The notes below the pieces were generated by a model. That model did not search any database and was not told where the DNA came from. It saw nothing but the letters and a program-made list of their open reading frames with translations. DNA of 63,647 bases, the filler included, from Octopus bimaculoides (lineage: Eukaryota): NCBI RefSeq assembly GCF_001194135.2. It is 10 parts of 10 records of this genome, joined end to end, with 100 filler letters (N's around TTAATTAATTAA, not from the genome) between each part and the next. Parts side by side here need not be neighbours in the genome. Positions count along the whole stretch, not along the records: positions 49,606 to 55,981 come from NC_068998.1; positions 56,082 to 61,739 come from NC_068996.1; positions 61,840 to 63,647 come from NW_026334755.1; 7 more parts are not named here. One strand, written 5' to 3'. This document shows positions 50,327 through 63,647 of the stretch, piece after piece. A program made the position numbers and the translations under genes. Each line of letters starts with the position of its first letter. Position 1 is the stretch's first letter.

Positions 50327-51222
50327 NNNNNNNNNNNNNNNNNNNNNNNNNNNNNNNNNNNNNNNNNNNNNNNNNNNNNNNNNNNNNNNNNNNNNNNNNN
50401 NNNNNNNNNNNNNNNNNNNNNNNNNNNNNNNNNNNNNNNNNNNNNNNNNNNNNNNNNNNNNNNNNNNNNNNNNNNNNNNNNNNNNNNNNNNNNNNNNNNN
50501 NNNNNNNNNNNNNNNNNNNNNNNNNNNNNNNNNNNNNNNNNNNNNNNNNNNNNNNNNNNNNNNNNNNNNNNNNNNNNNNNNNNNNNNNNNNNNNNNNNNN
50601 NNNNNNNNNNNNNNNNNNNNNNNNNNNNNNNNNNNNNNNNNNNNNNNNNNNNNNNNNNNNNNNNNNNNNNNNNNNNNNNNNNNNNNNNNNNNNNNNNNNN
50701 NNNNNNNNNNNNNNNNNNNNNNNNNNNNNNNNNNNNNNNNNNNNNNNNNNNNNNNNNNNNNNNNNNNNNNNNNNNNNNNNNNNNNNNNNNNNNNNNNNNN
50801 NNNNNNNNNNNNNNNNNNNNNNNNNNNNNNNNNNNNNNNNNNNNNNNNNNNNNNNNNNNNNNNNNNNNNNNNNNNNNNNNNNNNNNNNNNNNNNNNNNNN
50901 NNNNNNNNNNNNNNNNNNNNNNNNNNNNNNNNNNNNNNNNNNNNNNNNNNNNNNNNNNNNNNNNNNNNNNNNNNNNNNNNNNNNNNNNNNNNNNNNNNNN
51001 NNNNNNNNNNNNNNNNNNNNNNNNNNNNNNNNNNNNNNNNNNNNNNNNNNNNNNNNNNNNNNNNNNNNNNNNNNNNNNNNNNNNNNNNNNNNNNNNNNNN
51101 NNNNNNNNNNNNNNNNNNNNNNNNNNNNNNNNATATACACACAAATATACTAATATACATATATACATATACACTAATATACATATATACTTATACACAT
51201 ATATATAGTTATAAAAAAATAA

Positions 51223-51257
<35 letters not shown>

Positions 51258-51351
51258 GCAAAACCAAACAAACATTAAAAATAACAATAACAAACAACAA
51301 AAAGACGTGCTCATGGAATGTATTAGTATGACGCTTGGTAAGATGAGAATG

Positions 51352-51388
51352 TTTGTGACATTTTGAGCATAGCTCTTCATCAGAAAGA
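51352..51388 (-). ncRNA. CpG-decayed minimal hammerhead motif
   Basis: ttt-CTGATGA-a-gagc-tat-gctc-AAAA-t-GTC-acaaa; two CpG transitions away from ...gctcGAAAcGTC. Confidence 0.4.
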
Positions 51389-51803
51389 AAAGCAGCAAAG
51401 CCCAAAGAAGAAGAAAAAAAAACCAACAGCACATGTGTTGCCATTTATACACACTTATATACACATTTGTGAAGTATACATATATATATATATATACATA
51501 TATATACATGAATAACAATATAGCTAGGTGTAAAATACACCTAAGTGATATTAAATATCCAAAGAAATTATTGGTTTATATTACCTATATCAATAACAAT
51601 GTTATTCCTATAGCTAAATAAAAAATAAACATAGTTTATTAATATATGAATATGAATAAAAAATAGAAAATATAAATATTTAGTTCTATAATTGATTTTA
51701 TTGCACAATACACATGTTCATATATACATACATACATACATACACACATACGTATACACACATGCATATTCACATACACAAGTTTAGTTATTCATCTATA
51801 CAT

Positions 51804-51849
<46 letters not shown>

Positions 51850-53670
51850 GTATTTTTTACAATTTGAATATATATACAGTTCATATACATGTATCTATTT
51901 ATGCTAAAATATTATTGTATATATTAATTCAGATCTAAATATTATGAATCTGACTATTAGAATGCAAGGGAGATAACTATTTTTCCATTTATAGAAACAA
52001 AATCAACTTGATACGGTCAACAAAAAAAAAACATTTAAATATATACGTACAACAAAAACAAAGTGATACAATACAAACGAAATGTCCCACATACTAACAA
52101 CGAGCCAAAACAACAAATTAAATATGATAAATATGCCATATTTACATATATACCCCACTATTCATTTACGCACATACATATACTTATCGATACTTATAAA
52201 GAAAATGAAAAATGAAACCAGCTCTATACGGACAGAGAAAAATAAATTCTATAAATGCATCAAAACCAAAATAATACCAATATAAAAGAATTTATTGTTT
52301 TAGTTTCCATCTACCACTCACGCTTACATATATGCATATATGTTCAACTGTCAGGTCATATCTTTATTCCCTACACTACTTAATTGGAGCTAAAATTTTT
52401 AATCTCTTTACTCATCTATAGAGGGAATGTCTCTCATACCTCTTTACTTATATTTCCAAATAACTGTTATACCTTTAGTTATAGTTAATATCTAACTTGA
52501 CTCACATCTCTTTCTCATAAGGATAAATATGAATCTCCAAGATTCTATTCTTCTGCTATTTCCTTTCTCAAGTTCATTACAAATTTTATTTATACTTCCT
52601 GCACTGAAGAGTACATTGAGATATATATATATATATAATAATTTATTTATTTAATTAATTTAATCTAATTCAATTCAATCATGAATTTGCCTGATTTTCA
52701 TATCTCTGTATGAAACAATCTTTTGCATGAATTAAAATTCTCTTATATATTTTAACAACTTGTTTTCTCCATTTTTAACTAACTTGATGAGTTTCATAGG
52801 ATTTCTTTCCATAAATTCACCACACATCATATACAAGCATACATACATACATATATATATGTATNNNNNNNNNNNNNNNNNNNNNNNNNNNNNNNNNNNN
52901 NNNNNNNNNNNNNNNNNNNNNNNNNNNNNNNNNNNNNNNNNNNNNNNNNNNNNNNNNNNNNNNNNNNNNNNNNNNNNNNNNNNNNNNNNNNNNNNNNNNN
53001 NNNNNNNNNNNNNNNNNNNNNNNNNNNNNNNNNNNNNNNNNNNNNNNNNNNNNNNNNNNNNNNNNNNNNNNNNNNNNNNNNNNNNNNNNNNNNNNNNNNN
53101 NNNNNNNNNNNNNNNNNNNNNNNNNNNNNNNNNNNNNNNNNNNNNNNNNNNNNNNNNNNNNNNNNNNNNNNNNNNNNNNNNNNNNNNNNNNNNNNNNNNN
53201 NNNNNNNNNNNNNNNNNNNNNNNNNNNNNNNCATATGATAATGATTATATACATTTATATACTTTAAATGAGATAAATACGCTATATCCTCATATATACC
53301 ACATTATTCATTCATCGATACATATAAACGAAACGAAAAATGAAACCAACTCTATATAGACATAGAAAAATAAAGTCTGTACACACATCAAATCAAAGTA
53401 ATATTAATATAAACGAAATGCCCCAAATACGAACATCGAGCCAAACTACCAATTATATATGATAAATACTCTATAATTACTCTATATACACTATATACTT
53501 GTTTATATACATTATGGGTAGTTATGTGGGTGCATTATTATATATATATATATATACACATATATATATACACATATACATACATAGACATACACACACA
53601 CATATACATATACACCATACATACATGTACACATGCATATACACATGTATATACATCACCATGCATACAT

Positions 53671-54062
53671 TCTTTTACTCTTTTACTTGTTTCAGTCATT
53701 TGACTGTGACCATGCTAGAGCACCACCTTTAACCAAGCAAATCAACCCCAGGACTTATTATTTGTAAGCCTAGTACTTATTCTATCACTCTCTTTGGCCG
53801 AACTGCTAGATCACAAGGACGTAAACATACCAGCATCAGTTGTCAAGCAATGTTGGGTGGACAAACACAGATACACCAACATATACACACACATACATAT
53901 ATACAACAGGTTTCTTTCAATTTCCATCTACCAAATCCACTCACACAGCTTTGGTTGGCCCAATGCTATAGTAGAAGACAATTGCCCAAGATGTCACGCA
54001 GTGGGACAGGACCCGGAATGATGTGGTTGGTAAGCAAGCTACTTACCACACAGCCACTCCTG
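53671..54062 (-). mobile_element. SINE family B
   Basis: Reverse complement colinear with 16263-16684. Confidence 0.9.
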
Positions 54063-54376
54063 TGCATGGGTCATACATACACCCATGCACATATGCACAC
54101 CCATATAACATATACACGCCCCAGCATGGCCATTGCTCTGAGCTGAAACTACAACAAAAAAATACCCATATACACACACACACACACACACATATATACA
54201 CACGTACCCACAGTCTTACATATATACACATATATACCCATACACAGCTATATATCCACACATCTACCCATATATGAATAAACAAATAAGTAAATATCTA
54301 CACCCAGATATACACATATGTATATATACAGACACGGATATATCTCCCGACAAAAATGCAAATATACATACATCCC

Positions 54377-54442
<66 letters not shown>

Positions 54443-55770
54443 NNNNNNNNNNNNNNNNNNNNNNNATATATTATATATATACTTTATCTATAAGGCTCAA
54501 TTTAATTTTAATTTTTTATAAATTGATTTTAATTGAGTTTTTTGCCTGTAATTTTGGATTTTGTCCCTAATATTATTATTATATATATATATATATATAT
54601 TATAATGTTAGGGAATTACAAAATCCGAACTTACAAGGAAATACAATTTGATAATATCAAATTGAGTTGTACATTGAAAAATATTTTAATAATTTAGAGA
54701 AAAACCACCATGGTGCAACTCGCATGAAGAAGGAGATCAGACACCATCAAGAAAAGTGTACTATACAAAACTAGTTTAAAAATCTAAAACATTCAAGGGA
54801 GAATTTATAATACATAAAATCTATGAAATATTGGACTAAGAATTAAAATCGGTTACGTTTAAGAAACGAAAGTGGGAGAAAGACTACGAGCGTTTCATGG
54901 CCAGATGTCTTCTACATTTAGGGCCCACATCTCACTACCATGTAGAATTACTGTTTGTATACATATCTCATACAATCTTCCTTTCACTGGTAATTTTAAA
55001 TGTGATCTTTGCTTTGAAGAAATGTATTATATAATTACTTTTAAATTAATATTATTAAATTATGAAGGTAATTTTACATTGAAGTGTTTTCACAAATATA
55101 GAAAAGCATTTAAATATTTCAATTCTAAATAACCCATTAATTATAATTGCTTTTCATAAAACATAATATGCAGAATTTTTCAAAAAATGTTTAGCATATT
55201 TAATAGATAAATAACTAATTGTGATATAGAATTTCTATGTTTCTAATTGTTGTAACATAGAATTCATGTTTATTTTTCATTCTTTCACTATCAACTGATG
55301 TCATCAAAAGTTACATACTAAACTGGCTTTTCTTAGATTATATTTCTTCTTAATGTTCTTTCTGTAGGTGTTCATCTACAAGAGATATTTTCTTGGTTCC
55401 TTCTTAATTTAACCAATTTTGGATTGTCTTGATAATATTGTGTTAACATGTACTTTTGGATTTATTAATTTGACATATTTTCTGTATCTAAATATGTTGA
55501 CACAACAGAAACCTTCATTGGTATTGTATGGTGTAATCACCAATTAAAGATGTGTGTTTCTCCATTCTTATTTTCGTTGTCTTATACACCGAATTTCTTG
55601 GAACTCTTCTCAGTGATATGTGGATCGACTTATCACACATGAAGGATTGTCTTGGATGTTTTTTCTACTTGCATTTATTATTCTTAGATATAGTTAACCA
55701 AGTTCATTTAACACTGGGTGCTTTAATGATATCTGCCTGGAATTTTTAATCCCTTTTACTTTATATATAT

Positions 55771-55981
55771 CATCATCGTTTAACGTCCGCTTTCCATGCT
55801 AGCATGGGTTGGACGATTTGACTGAGGACTGGTGAAACCGGATGGCAACACCAGGCTCCAGTCTGATTTGGCAGAGTTTCTACAGCTGGATGCCCTTCCT
55901 AACGCCAACCACTCAGAGAGTGTAGTGGGTGCTTTTACGTGTCACCCGCACGAAAACGGCCACGCTCGAAATGGTGTCTTT
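55771..55981 (-). mobile_element. RTE 3'-tail fragment
   Basis: Reverse complement of 48750-48893. Confidence 0.85.
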
Positions 55982-56170
55982 NNNNNNNNNNNNNNNNNNN
56001 NNNNNNNNNNNNNNNNNNNNNNNNNTTAATTAATTAANNNNNNNNNNNNNNNNNNNNNNNNNNNNNNNNNNNNNNNNNNNNATTGAGTACTAGTGAAACA
56101 CTGGGGTTGATGTGATCAACTATCCCCCTACTCCAAAATTGCGCCCATATTAGAAACGACAATAATAATA

Positions 56171-56209
<39 letters not shown>

Positions 56210-57810
56210 TTCTTCTTTCTTCAAATTTTCTTCCATTTCTCGCTGAGTGTTTTCCGTACACCTAGTGCAGAGAAGCTCATTGTATGCATTTTACGCATGC
56301 AAATTCACAGGTAAAATATGTATGTAAAAAAATGATAAATAAATAAATTCATGAATGGATGTTGTTTTCACAGCGATAATGCTCTTCTCAGTACATGAGT
56401 CGTTCCAGTTAACACGATTTTTTGCACTTCCTGTAGGGATGGTAAGCCTGGTATCATTTTCAAATAGGTTTCAGTAGGTTTATTTATCATTCCCAGAGAT
56501 CCTACAATCACTGGTACGGTAGTTGCCTTGAGATGCCACATTTTTTCAATTTCTATTAGCAAGTCTTTATATTTAGTGATCTTGTCAAATTCTTTCGCCG
56601 CTACATTGTGATCGCAAGGAATACTCATGTCAATTAATAAACACACCTTTTTTGTCTGATCTTTTATGATAATATCCGGTTTATTAGCTTTTGTAGTTTT
56701 GTCGGTATGTACGGGGAAGTCCCAGAGAATCGATACATTTTCTCCCTCAGTCACAGCTTCAGGATGGCGTTTATACCATTTGTCAGGTTTTGATTTTATA
56801 ATGCCGACATATTGTCCAGTGTAAATACTGGCTAACTCTGTCATGTCTTGCTTTATATTCTACAGGTGCGAAGACTCTACATCCCGAGATTAGGTGGTCT
56901 ATAGCTTCAATCTCATCATTACAGAATCAGCATTTTGGGTCAGCTCCATTCTTTATAACATTGACTTGGTAGTTCCGGGTTAATAAGCTTTGGTCTTGAG
57001 CAGCTAATATGAAACCTTCACTCTCTGCTTTAAGCCCTGAGCTTCGTAACCATTGATGCGTGTGTTTCTGGTCGGCATCAGCTTGTTTGCTACGGGCCAC
57101 TTACTTGGTATGCAGAGGTTTCCGTTCCCATCTGATAGCTAATTTTTCATATGCTTTTGTCTTTGCAATTAATTTTATTTTCTTTCCAGCAGCAGTTGGC
57201 CCATTTCCTTCAATCTGATCAATCTAGTAGGTATCTAAGAGATCAGTAGCGAATTTTTTGCTCTCTTTCAGAATACAGTGAAGTTTTTTCGGTCTTTCAT
57301 GTTTTTCAACAAGTTTCAGCATCCAATCGTTGGTTGTTTCAAGGTATTTGGCCAGTCCGATTGTGGTGGTTTTGTACGTAAGTTCAAGCTGGATCAAGCC
57401 TCGACCTCCCTGAGCTCTGAGAAGGTAAAGACGATCCACGTCTGCCTTTAGATGGTGCATCTTATTACACATCAGTAACTTGCGGATTTTTCTATCCATT
57501 TTCATTATTTCAATGGTATTCCAGTTAAGCACATTGAAGCTATAAAGATCAACTGGGACTGCTAAGGAATTTATGGCTAACACCTTATTATATGCATTCA
57601 GCTCAGACTGCTCGAACTCTTCTATAACATTCCTTCCAAACCTTCCCTTTCATGTTTGCATGTTGGATACCAGAGCCTTCATTTAATCCTAGGTATTTAT
57701 AGGTTTGTTCCTGCTCAAGTTCCTTTATTACTGTTTCGACATCTAATTCGATTGAACTTCACTTTACTAGTTTCCCTTTCTTAAAAGTGGTTTTGGCACA
57801 CTTTTCAAGG
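56171..57810 (-). mobile_element. 5'-truncated R4/Dong-like non-LTR retrotransposon
   Basis: KCAK..YKYLG RT end, RLYL..GGRGL, ILWDFPVHTD..ANKPDII..IDMSIPCD..KITKYKDL..VPVIVGSLG endonuclease; (TAA)n at the 3' end. Confidence 0.9.
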
Positions 57811-59850
57811 CTATTTGGGAGAAATTGCAGTCTGGAGTGCAGGATGGACTTCGGTGCCTACCTCGAGTACATGCCACTTCTTGGCAAGGGAGGCAAATCT
57901 TTGCAAAATGCCGATAAAAGTTGCGGAAATATGGACTATAATGATAGACCGCAGTGGGGAGGAGGGCAAATCATTTTGTTAAGATGATCTGGCCTACGAG
58001 TTTTAGTTTTATATGCCAGAATTATTTGGCAACTTCTTGGAAAATATCTACCGCAACTGGCAGTAGAACGGGAAAATTCCTTGTTCTGTGAGTCGAGGAG
58101 AGGTGGCACTACCGAGAAATGATCCGAACAAAGGGGTATCAAATCGAAAACTTAAGGTCCATAACGCTGCTGAACGTATATTTCAAAATTTTTGACCAAG
58201 GTCTTAGCAAAGAAGTTGGTGCTTGTCGTGGAGGAACTGATTGATGATGTGAAAATATGCGCAATCCCAAACAGACCCATCCACGACAAGCTCCACCTTC
58301 AGTGAAACATCATAGACAGGATGGGTAAAGAAGCTGCCATGGGTGGGGCCCTGATCAATTCGGATCGGTCTAATGCTTTCGATAGGATCGACCACCAATA
58401 CTTGACAGCCGTTCTCACTACGGCGGTTCCTGTGGCTGGATCGCCACAATGTACAATAACATCTACTTTATATTTCGGGTGAATGGTTACCTATTGGAAT
58501 CCCTCAGCATCATGTGCCCAATCCGTCAATGGTGTCCATTCTCATCTTTTCTGTATGTTCTGGCTCTTGAACGACTACTGTGGAAATTGGAAGCGTTGAG
58601 AAGCATTTCGCGCGAACTAGAACGTGGGAGAAACGTGTCGGAATACGCAGGCGACATTACCGTCATAACTTTAAACTGGAGGCACATAAACCTAATCAGC
58701 ACAGCTCTAAAAGAATACGAGACAGTGACGGGAGCAAAAATTAACGAAGTCAGTGGGCCTGCAGCTCGGCATTCGAAGAGGCAGGTCCATGTCGTCCAAT
58801 AACGTCGTGGGACGCTGGACGGAAACCGGGTAAATTTCTCGGAGATTGGTTTAGTCCGGATCTCCAGGTGGAGGAGAACTGGGACAAGGTGACGAGCAGG
58901 ATGGCCAATCTCACCAAGAAATAGGATGAACGAAAGCTATCCCTGAAAAGTCTGGCAGAGGTGGTGAATGCTTATATCGTATCTATTCGTCAGATACGCA
59001 GCCCTAGTTTACGTCTGATCGAACTGGATCGCATACTTTTTCACTTTCTGTGGAAGGGAAGATTGCCACTACTCAGGCGCTCCATTTACAGTCAACACCG
59101 CCGAATGGAGGTCTGGGCATGCCGTGGACATGAACTGAGGCTACGAGATATATAGCACTTCCTTGGCGGTGAGCAGCTGCGGTCGCCGTTTATCAGACCC
59201 GCTCTTCCATAGCTTCTCTCTTTGATTGAGCTGCGGTCCTGGACCAAACGAAAACTGAGGCAGGGTGCCTGGCGCCTAGAGTGCCGTCAGGTGCTCACAG
59301 TCCTCTCTTTGTCGGCCAACACAGTGGATGTTTCACTCCGAATTTCTATAAAGGGTTACTGATGAGCAAGTGCGACGACGTTCTCGGTGAGACTGTACGT
59401 CATCGAGAATCTAGCTGGTCTGTTCCCAAGGAATTTGGAGGCCTGAGGATAATTTGCAGAGATTCATGATCTGGCATTGCTACCAGGGGGGCAAGCCGGT
59501 TCGGGATAAGCTCTAATGGCATGGAAGTACTTTCAGCCGGGATTGCCCGAGATGCATGCAGAACGATGAGGTTCTGCATACTCAACTCCAGAGTCAGAGC
59601 GTTGCTGAGTTGGTTTATGTTGAACATCTGCTGCCATATGCAGGACGGATCCGGCTAAGGGCCGAGTCCATTATTAAGATAATCCTGCTGCCTTCCTATG
59701 GCCTGGAAGGGCATACAGTGTTCCTTTGTATCGTGGTCTTATCGAAAGTGGTTGTGTTGCGGACAAGATTTAGAGGGGTGAAGACAGATACTTTCCTCTT
59801 TGGCCAAACGCTCATCAATTTTTCCAAGTTTCACTTGGAAAGACAGTGAG
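57811..59850 (+). mobile_element. Degenerate L1/Tx1-like LINE RT
   Basis: SITLLNVYFKILTKVLAKKL, AFDRIDHQYL, IRQWCPFSSFLYVLALE, EYAGDITV and a CPRC zinc-knuckle remnant; many stops. Confidence 0.8.
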
Positions 59851-59951
59851 GGTAGAGTGGGAAGTACTGCCTCCCAGCAATTTTGTTGAAAGGTTGATGA
59901 ATGTGATAAGAATTAACGGGCCAGTCTAAACATGCACCTATAGACGATATG

Positions 59952-60545
59952 CTAGCGATAAAAACAAGAATGCATTTTGCATCAAAAAACCAATATTAGA
60001 GTTTCTCTCATGATAACTACCACAGTATAATTTGTTCTAACAAAGCATCTACATTAAACGGGGATAAATATTACCTCTCGGGATGAATGTTGTCTCTGTC
60101 ACTAATATATAATATTTAACATGCTCATTCTCTAATCGCGACACCAAGCGCCTGTTCTCACGCTATCAAACCATAAGACGAATCGCTGCTATATCTAGCG
60201 GTCGAGTGTCCATCATTGACAAGACCAAACAAGATCGAAATCACGTGATCTGGTGGTTTCGGCACTTGTGGTGACGGGTATTTATATCCCCACTAGCGAT
60301 ATAAACAAGAATGCATTTTGAACCAAGACGCTAATATGAGAGTTTCTCTTATTGTATCTCTCACAGTACAGAGTGTTGTAATAGAACTTTCACATTTAAT
60401 TGAGGATAAATATTAACTCTCGCTATTAATACTACCTCTGTCACTAATATATAATTTTTAACAAGCTTACTGACTAATCGTGACACCAGCATCTATTCTG
60501 GCACTGTCAATCGCTGACCAAACAAGGTTGAAATCACTCACGTTT
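59952..60545. repeat. Diverged tandem duplication, ~340-bp period
   Basis: ctagcgata.aaacaagaatgcattttg ... ctctgtcactaatatataat ... gaccaaacaag..gaaatcac at 59952 and 60292. Confidence 0.85.
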
Positions 60546-61338
60546 AAATAGGTATAGATAATACCTCTCAATAAAATGTGTATAGGCTTTTGCATGGCTG
60601 AAAACGTGAAACATCGATCACCGTTGGTAGGAAATAACATGCTATTTATTGCTCCTTTCTTGTGCACAATCTAAATGATCGACTGCATTCAGTTAATTTG
60701 TCGCATATCTTTAACGGCATTTTCTTGATGTTATTGCATTAGACCCAGGCCACTGAATGATGTTTCAATTACCGATAATTTATTTAGCTTTCACTTGACA
60801 TTTTTATTGGTAGTATGTTATACAATGTTTCGTCCATTTTACAGTTGGTCTATTTTTCTGGCAACAGTAACAAAAAATATTGGCTTATACGGAACTAAAT
60901 CGCAGACAGCAATTAAGAATGGCGTTATTTATATACTTTGCAGGCCGATAAATCAATGTAACTATCAGAAGTTCTACCGATCGCTATAAATAGTACATAT
61001 GATGTGAGGCTTCAGTTGCAGTATCAAGGAAATGAAGCGCGAAGGAAAAATGTTAGTTACAAACATACTGTAAAGAATAAATGTTGCTGACGAGACGGAA
61101 AATGCATTTTTCAAATTTGTCTTTTATCTTTCATCATTTACTTGTTTTAGTAATAAGACCTCAGTCATGCTGTGACAACGCCTTCAAGAAGGATTTTTAA
61201 TCGAATGAATCAAATCCCGTACTTATTATTTTAAGCCTGGTAATTATTTTATCAATCTCTTTGAGGAACCGCTAATTTACGGAAACGTAAACACACCAGC
61301 ACGAGTTGTCAAGCTGTAGTGGGGGAAAATATAGACCA

Positions 61339-61386
<48 letters not shown>

Positions 61387-61387
61387 T

Positions 61388-61655
61388 AGGTGCAGGCGGG
61401 GCTGTGTGGGGAGTTTTCTTCCAAACTTCATGGTTCCAGGTTCAGTCCCACTACGTGGCATCTTGGACAAGTATCTTCTACTATAACATAAAGCCGACCA
61501 AAGCCTTGTGAGTGGATTTGGGAGATTGAAACCGAAAAAAGCTCGTTTTATGTGTATATATGTATCCGGATGTGTGTGTGTGTTAGTCTCCCCACCACTC
61601 CTTGACAACCGGTGCTACTGTGCTTATGTTCTGTGACATAGCGGTTCGGCTACGT
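61388..61655 (+). mobile_element. SINE family B (adjacent minus-strand partial copy at ~61128-61345)
   Basis: Family B head and core on +; family B tail on -. Confidence 0.8.
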
Positions 61656-62182
61656 TACATTTATACATACATACATACATACATACATACATACATACAT
61701 ACATACATACATACATACGAACATATATGTATATATATANNNNNNNNNNNNNNNNNNNNNNNNNNNNNNNNNNNNNNNNNNNNTTAATTAATTAANNNNN
61801 NNNNNNNNNNNNNNNNNNNNNNNNNNNNNNNNNNNNNNNCCACACCACACCACACCACACCGCACACACTAGCACTGACTACTTCCCAGCACCCACAGCA
61901 GCGCATACACTGGCACTGACCACTTCCCAACACCTACATCATCATCCACACACCTACACATGCGTACATGCACACGTCAATGTCACTACCATTTTTAACC
62001 CCGAGAGGAAGCTTCCTCTTGAGATTAAAAATTGTAGTAATGTTGATTCGCACGGAACAGTCATTTTGAAGTGGTGACAAACATTAGTGCTCACTATAGG
62101 GACTACTTTTATCTCTTAGAGAGATTTACTAATTGGTCAAGTTGTTCATGTGTATGTATGTATGTATGTGTATGTATATATA

Positions 62183-63647
62183 CAGTGGGGGGAAATAAAT
62201 ATTCGTACGTGTCAACATTATTTATTTAATTTCTAATGACCATAAATGGGATATATCAATACTATATTTGCATACACATGCATAAACTAAGAATATGCAA
62301 AAGAAACTAATAAATTATAGTAACTAATAAATTTATATACAATTATAAATATTTAGGGGTAAAAAAAGTATTCGTACAGAATAAATTTATGAGTTTCTAT
62401 GCCACAAAATACTGTTAAAATATTTTTTTTTACTAGAAGTTTCTCGTTTGTTCCAATAATCTTATCAGTGGTCATTTTTAAGTGTCTAAACGCTAGCTTC
62501 TTCATTCAGCACTGAGACAACCTAAAGTAGTGTCGTAATAATGGCAAAAAGTAAAGAACTCACAAATTCAGTGAAAAACTTAATTATTGAACAGTGNNNN
62601 NNNNNNNNNNNNNNNNNNNNNNNNNNNNNNNNNNNNNNNNNNNNNNNNNNNNNNNNNNNNNNNNNNNNNNNNNNNNNNNNNNNNNNNNNNNNNNNNNNNN
62701 NNNNNNNNNNNNNNNNNNNNNNNNNNNNNNNNNNNNNNNNNNNNNNNNNNNNNNNNNNNNNNNNNNNNNNNNNNNNNNNNNNNNNNNNNNNNNNNNNNNN
62801 NNNNNNNNNNNNNNNNNNNNNNNNNNNNNNNNNNNNNNNNNNNNNNNNNNNNNNNNNNNNNNNNNNNGTGATGCTCTCCTAGTAAAACTCCACTGTTGAC
62901 TAAAAGGCATAGAGATGCCCGTTTAAAATTTGTTTATGAACATAAAGATAAATCTGATACATTCTGGGAAAATGTTCTTTGGACAGACGAGTCGAAAATT
63001 GAATTGTTTGGACGAAATACGCGTAGCCATGTTTGGAGGAAAGATGGTACCACCTATTCGCCGAAAAACACAATTCCTACTGTAAAATTTGGAGGCGGCA
63101 ACATCATTGTGTAGGGGTGTTTCTCTGCAAATGGCACTGGCAATTTACATGTGATAGATGGTAGAATGAATGCAGAGATGTACCAAAATATTTTGAACAA
63201 TAATTTATGGGACACTGTAGAAAAGCTACAGCTTTGTGAAGGGTGGGTTTCACAACAGGATATCGACCCTAAGCACACGGCTTAGTCTACCAAAAATGGA
63301 TTGTCAATCACAATATAAAATTATTAGAATGGCCAAGCCAGTCACCTGACTGGAACCCCATTGAAAATTTGTGGTGATATTTGAAAATTAAAACTCATTC
63401 AAGAGCCCCAATGTGCATTCCAGATTTGAAGAAAATTTGTCAAGAAGAATGGGAAAAAATTCCTAAAGAAACATGCGAATCATTGATTTAGGACTAGAAG
63501 AGATTGGTTGAAGTGGAACTTAATAATGGTTATGCTACGAAGTATTAAAACAGAATTATCAATTATTTAAGTTCTGTACGAATACTTTTTTCACCCTTAG
63601 ATATTTATATTTGTATATAAATTCATTAGTTACTATAATTTATTAGT
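62183..63647 (+). mobile_element. Tc1-family DNA transposon (DD34E, IR/DR type), pseudogenised transposase 62541-63546
   Basis: TA|CAGTG start; MAKSKEL.., [41 protein letters not shown]; 34 residues between D and E after correcting one frameshift; 63575-63647 is the reverse complement of ~62313-62383. Confidence 0.93.

Noticed and set aside
20737-61795. Nine copies of TTAATTAATTAA (20737, 25829, 27087, 39201, 45487, 46738, 49550, 56026, 61784), superficially a regularly recurring motif
   Set aside because: Each sits in the middle of an N run forming a 100-bp block (44 N + 12 + 44 N where counted) and gives stops in all six frames. It is an artificial scaffolding spacer, and distances across it are unreliable.

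Overview
Eukaryotic, AT-rich, repeat-dense draft scaffold with roughly 12% N-gaps. It is most likely octopus/cephalopod DNA; this is an inference from the tRNA-derived SINE families, the very high microsatellite load and the assembly style. Almost every ORF in the supplied track is a microsatellite or N-run artefact, or a transposon relic. One well-supported host gene is visible only after splicing: three phase-compatible + strand exons (2502-2671, 5173-5349, 8230-8784) with canonical splice sites and an AATAAA. They encode about 300 aa of an uncharacterised, probably secreted glycoprotein whose first exon was not located. The rest is decayed TEs (RTE, CR1, R4/Dong-like, Tx1/L1-like, hAT, Tc1 DD34E, probable Helitron and pogo relics), four SINE families, minisatellites, hairpins, several Penelope-type minimal hammerhead ribozyme motifs (one near-intact), and scattered candidate micro-exons of a possible second gene. 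There are no CRISPR arrays, rRNA genes or bona fide tRNA genes. I cannot support a clearly new biological system; the best leads are the spliced gene, the hammerheads and the micro-exons.
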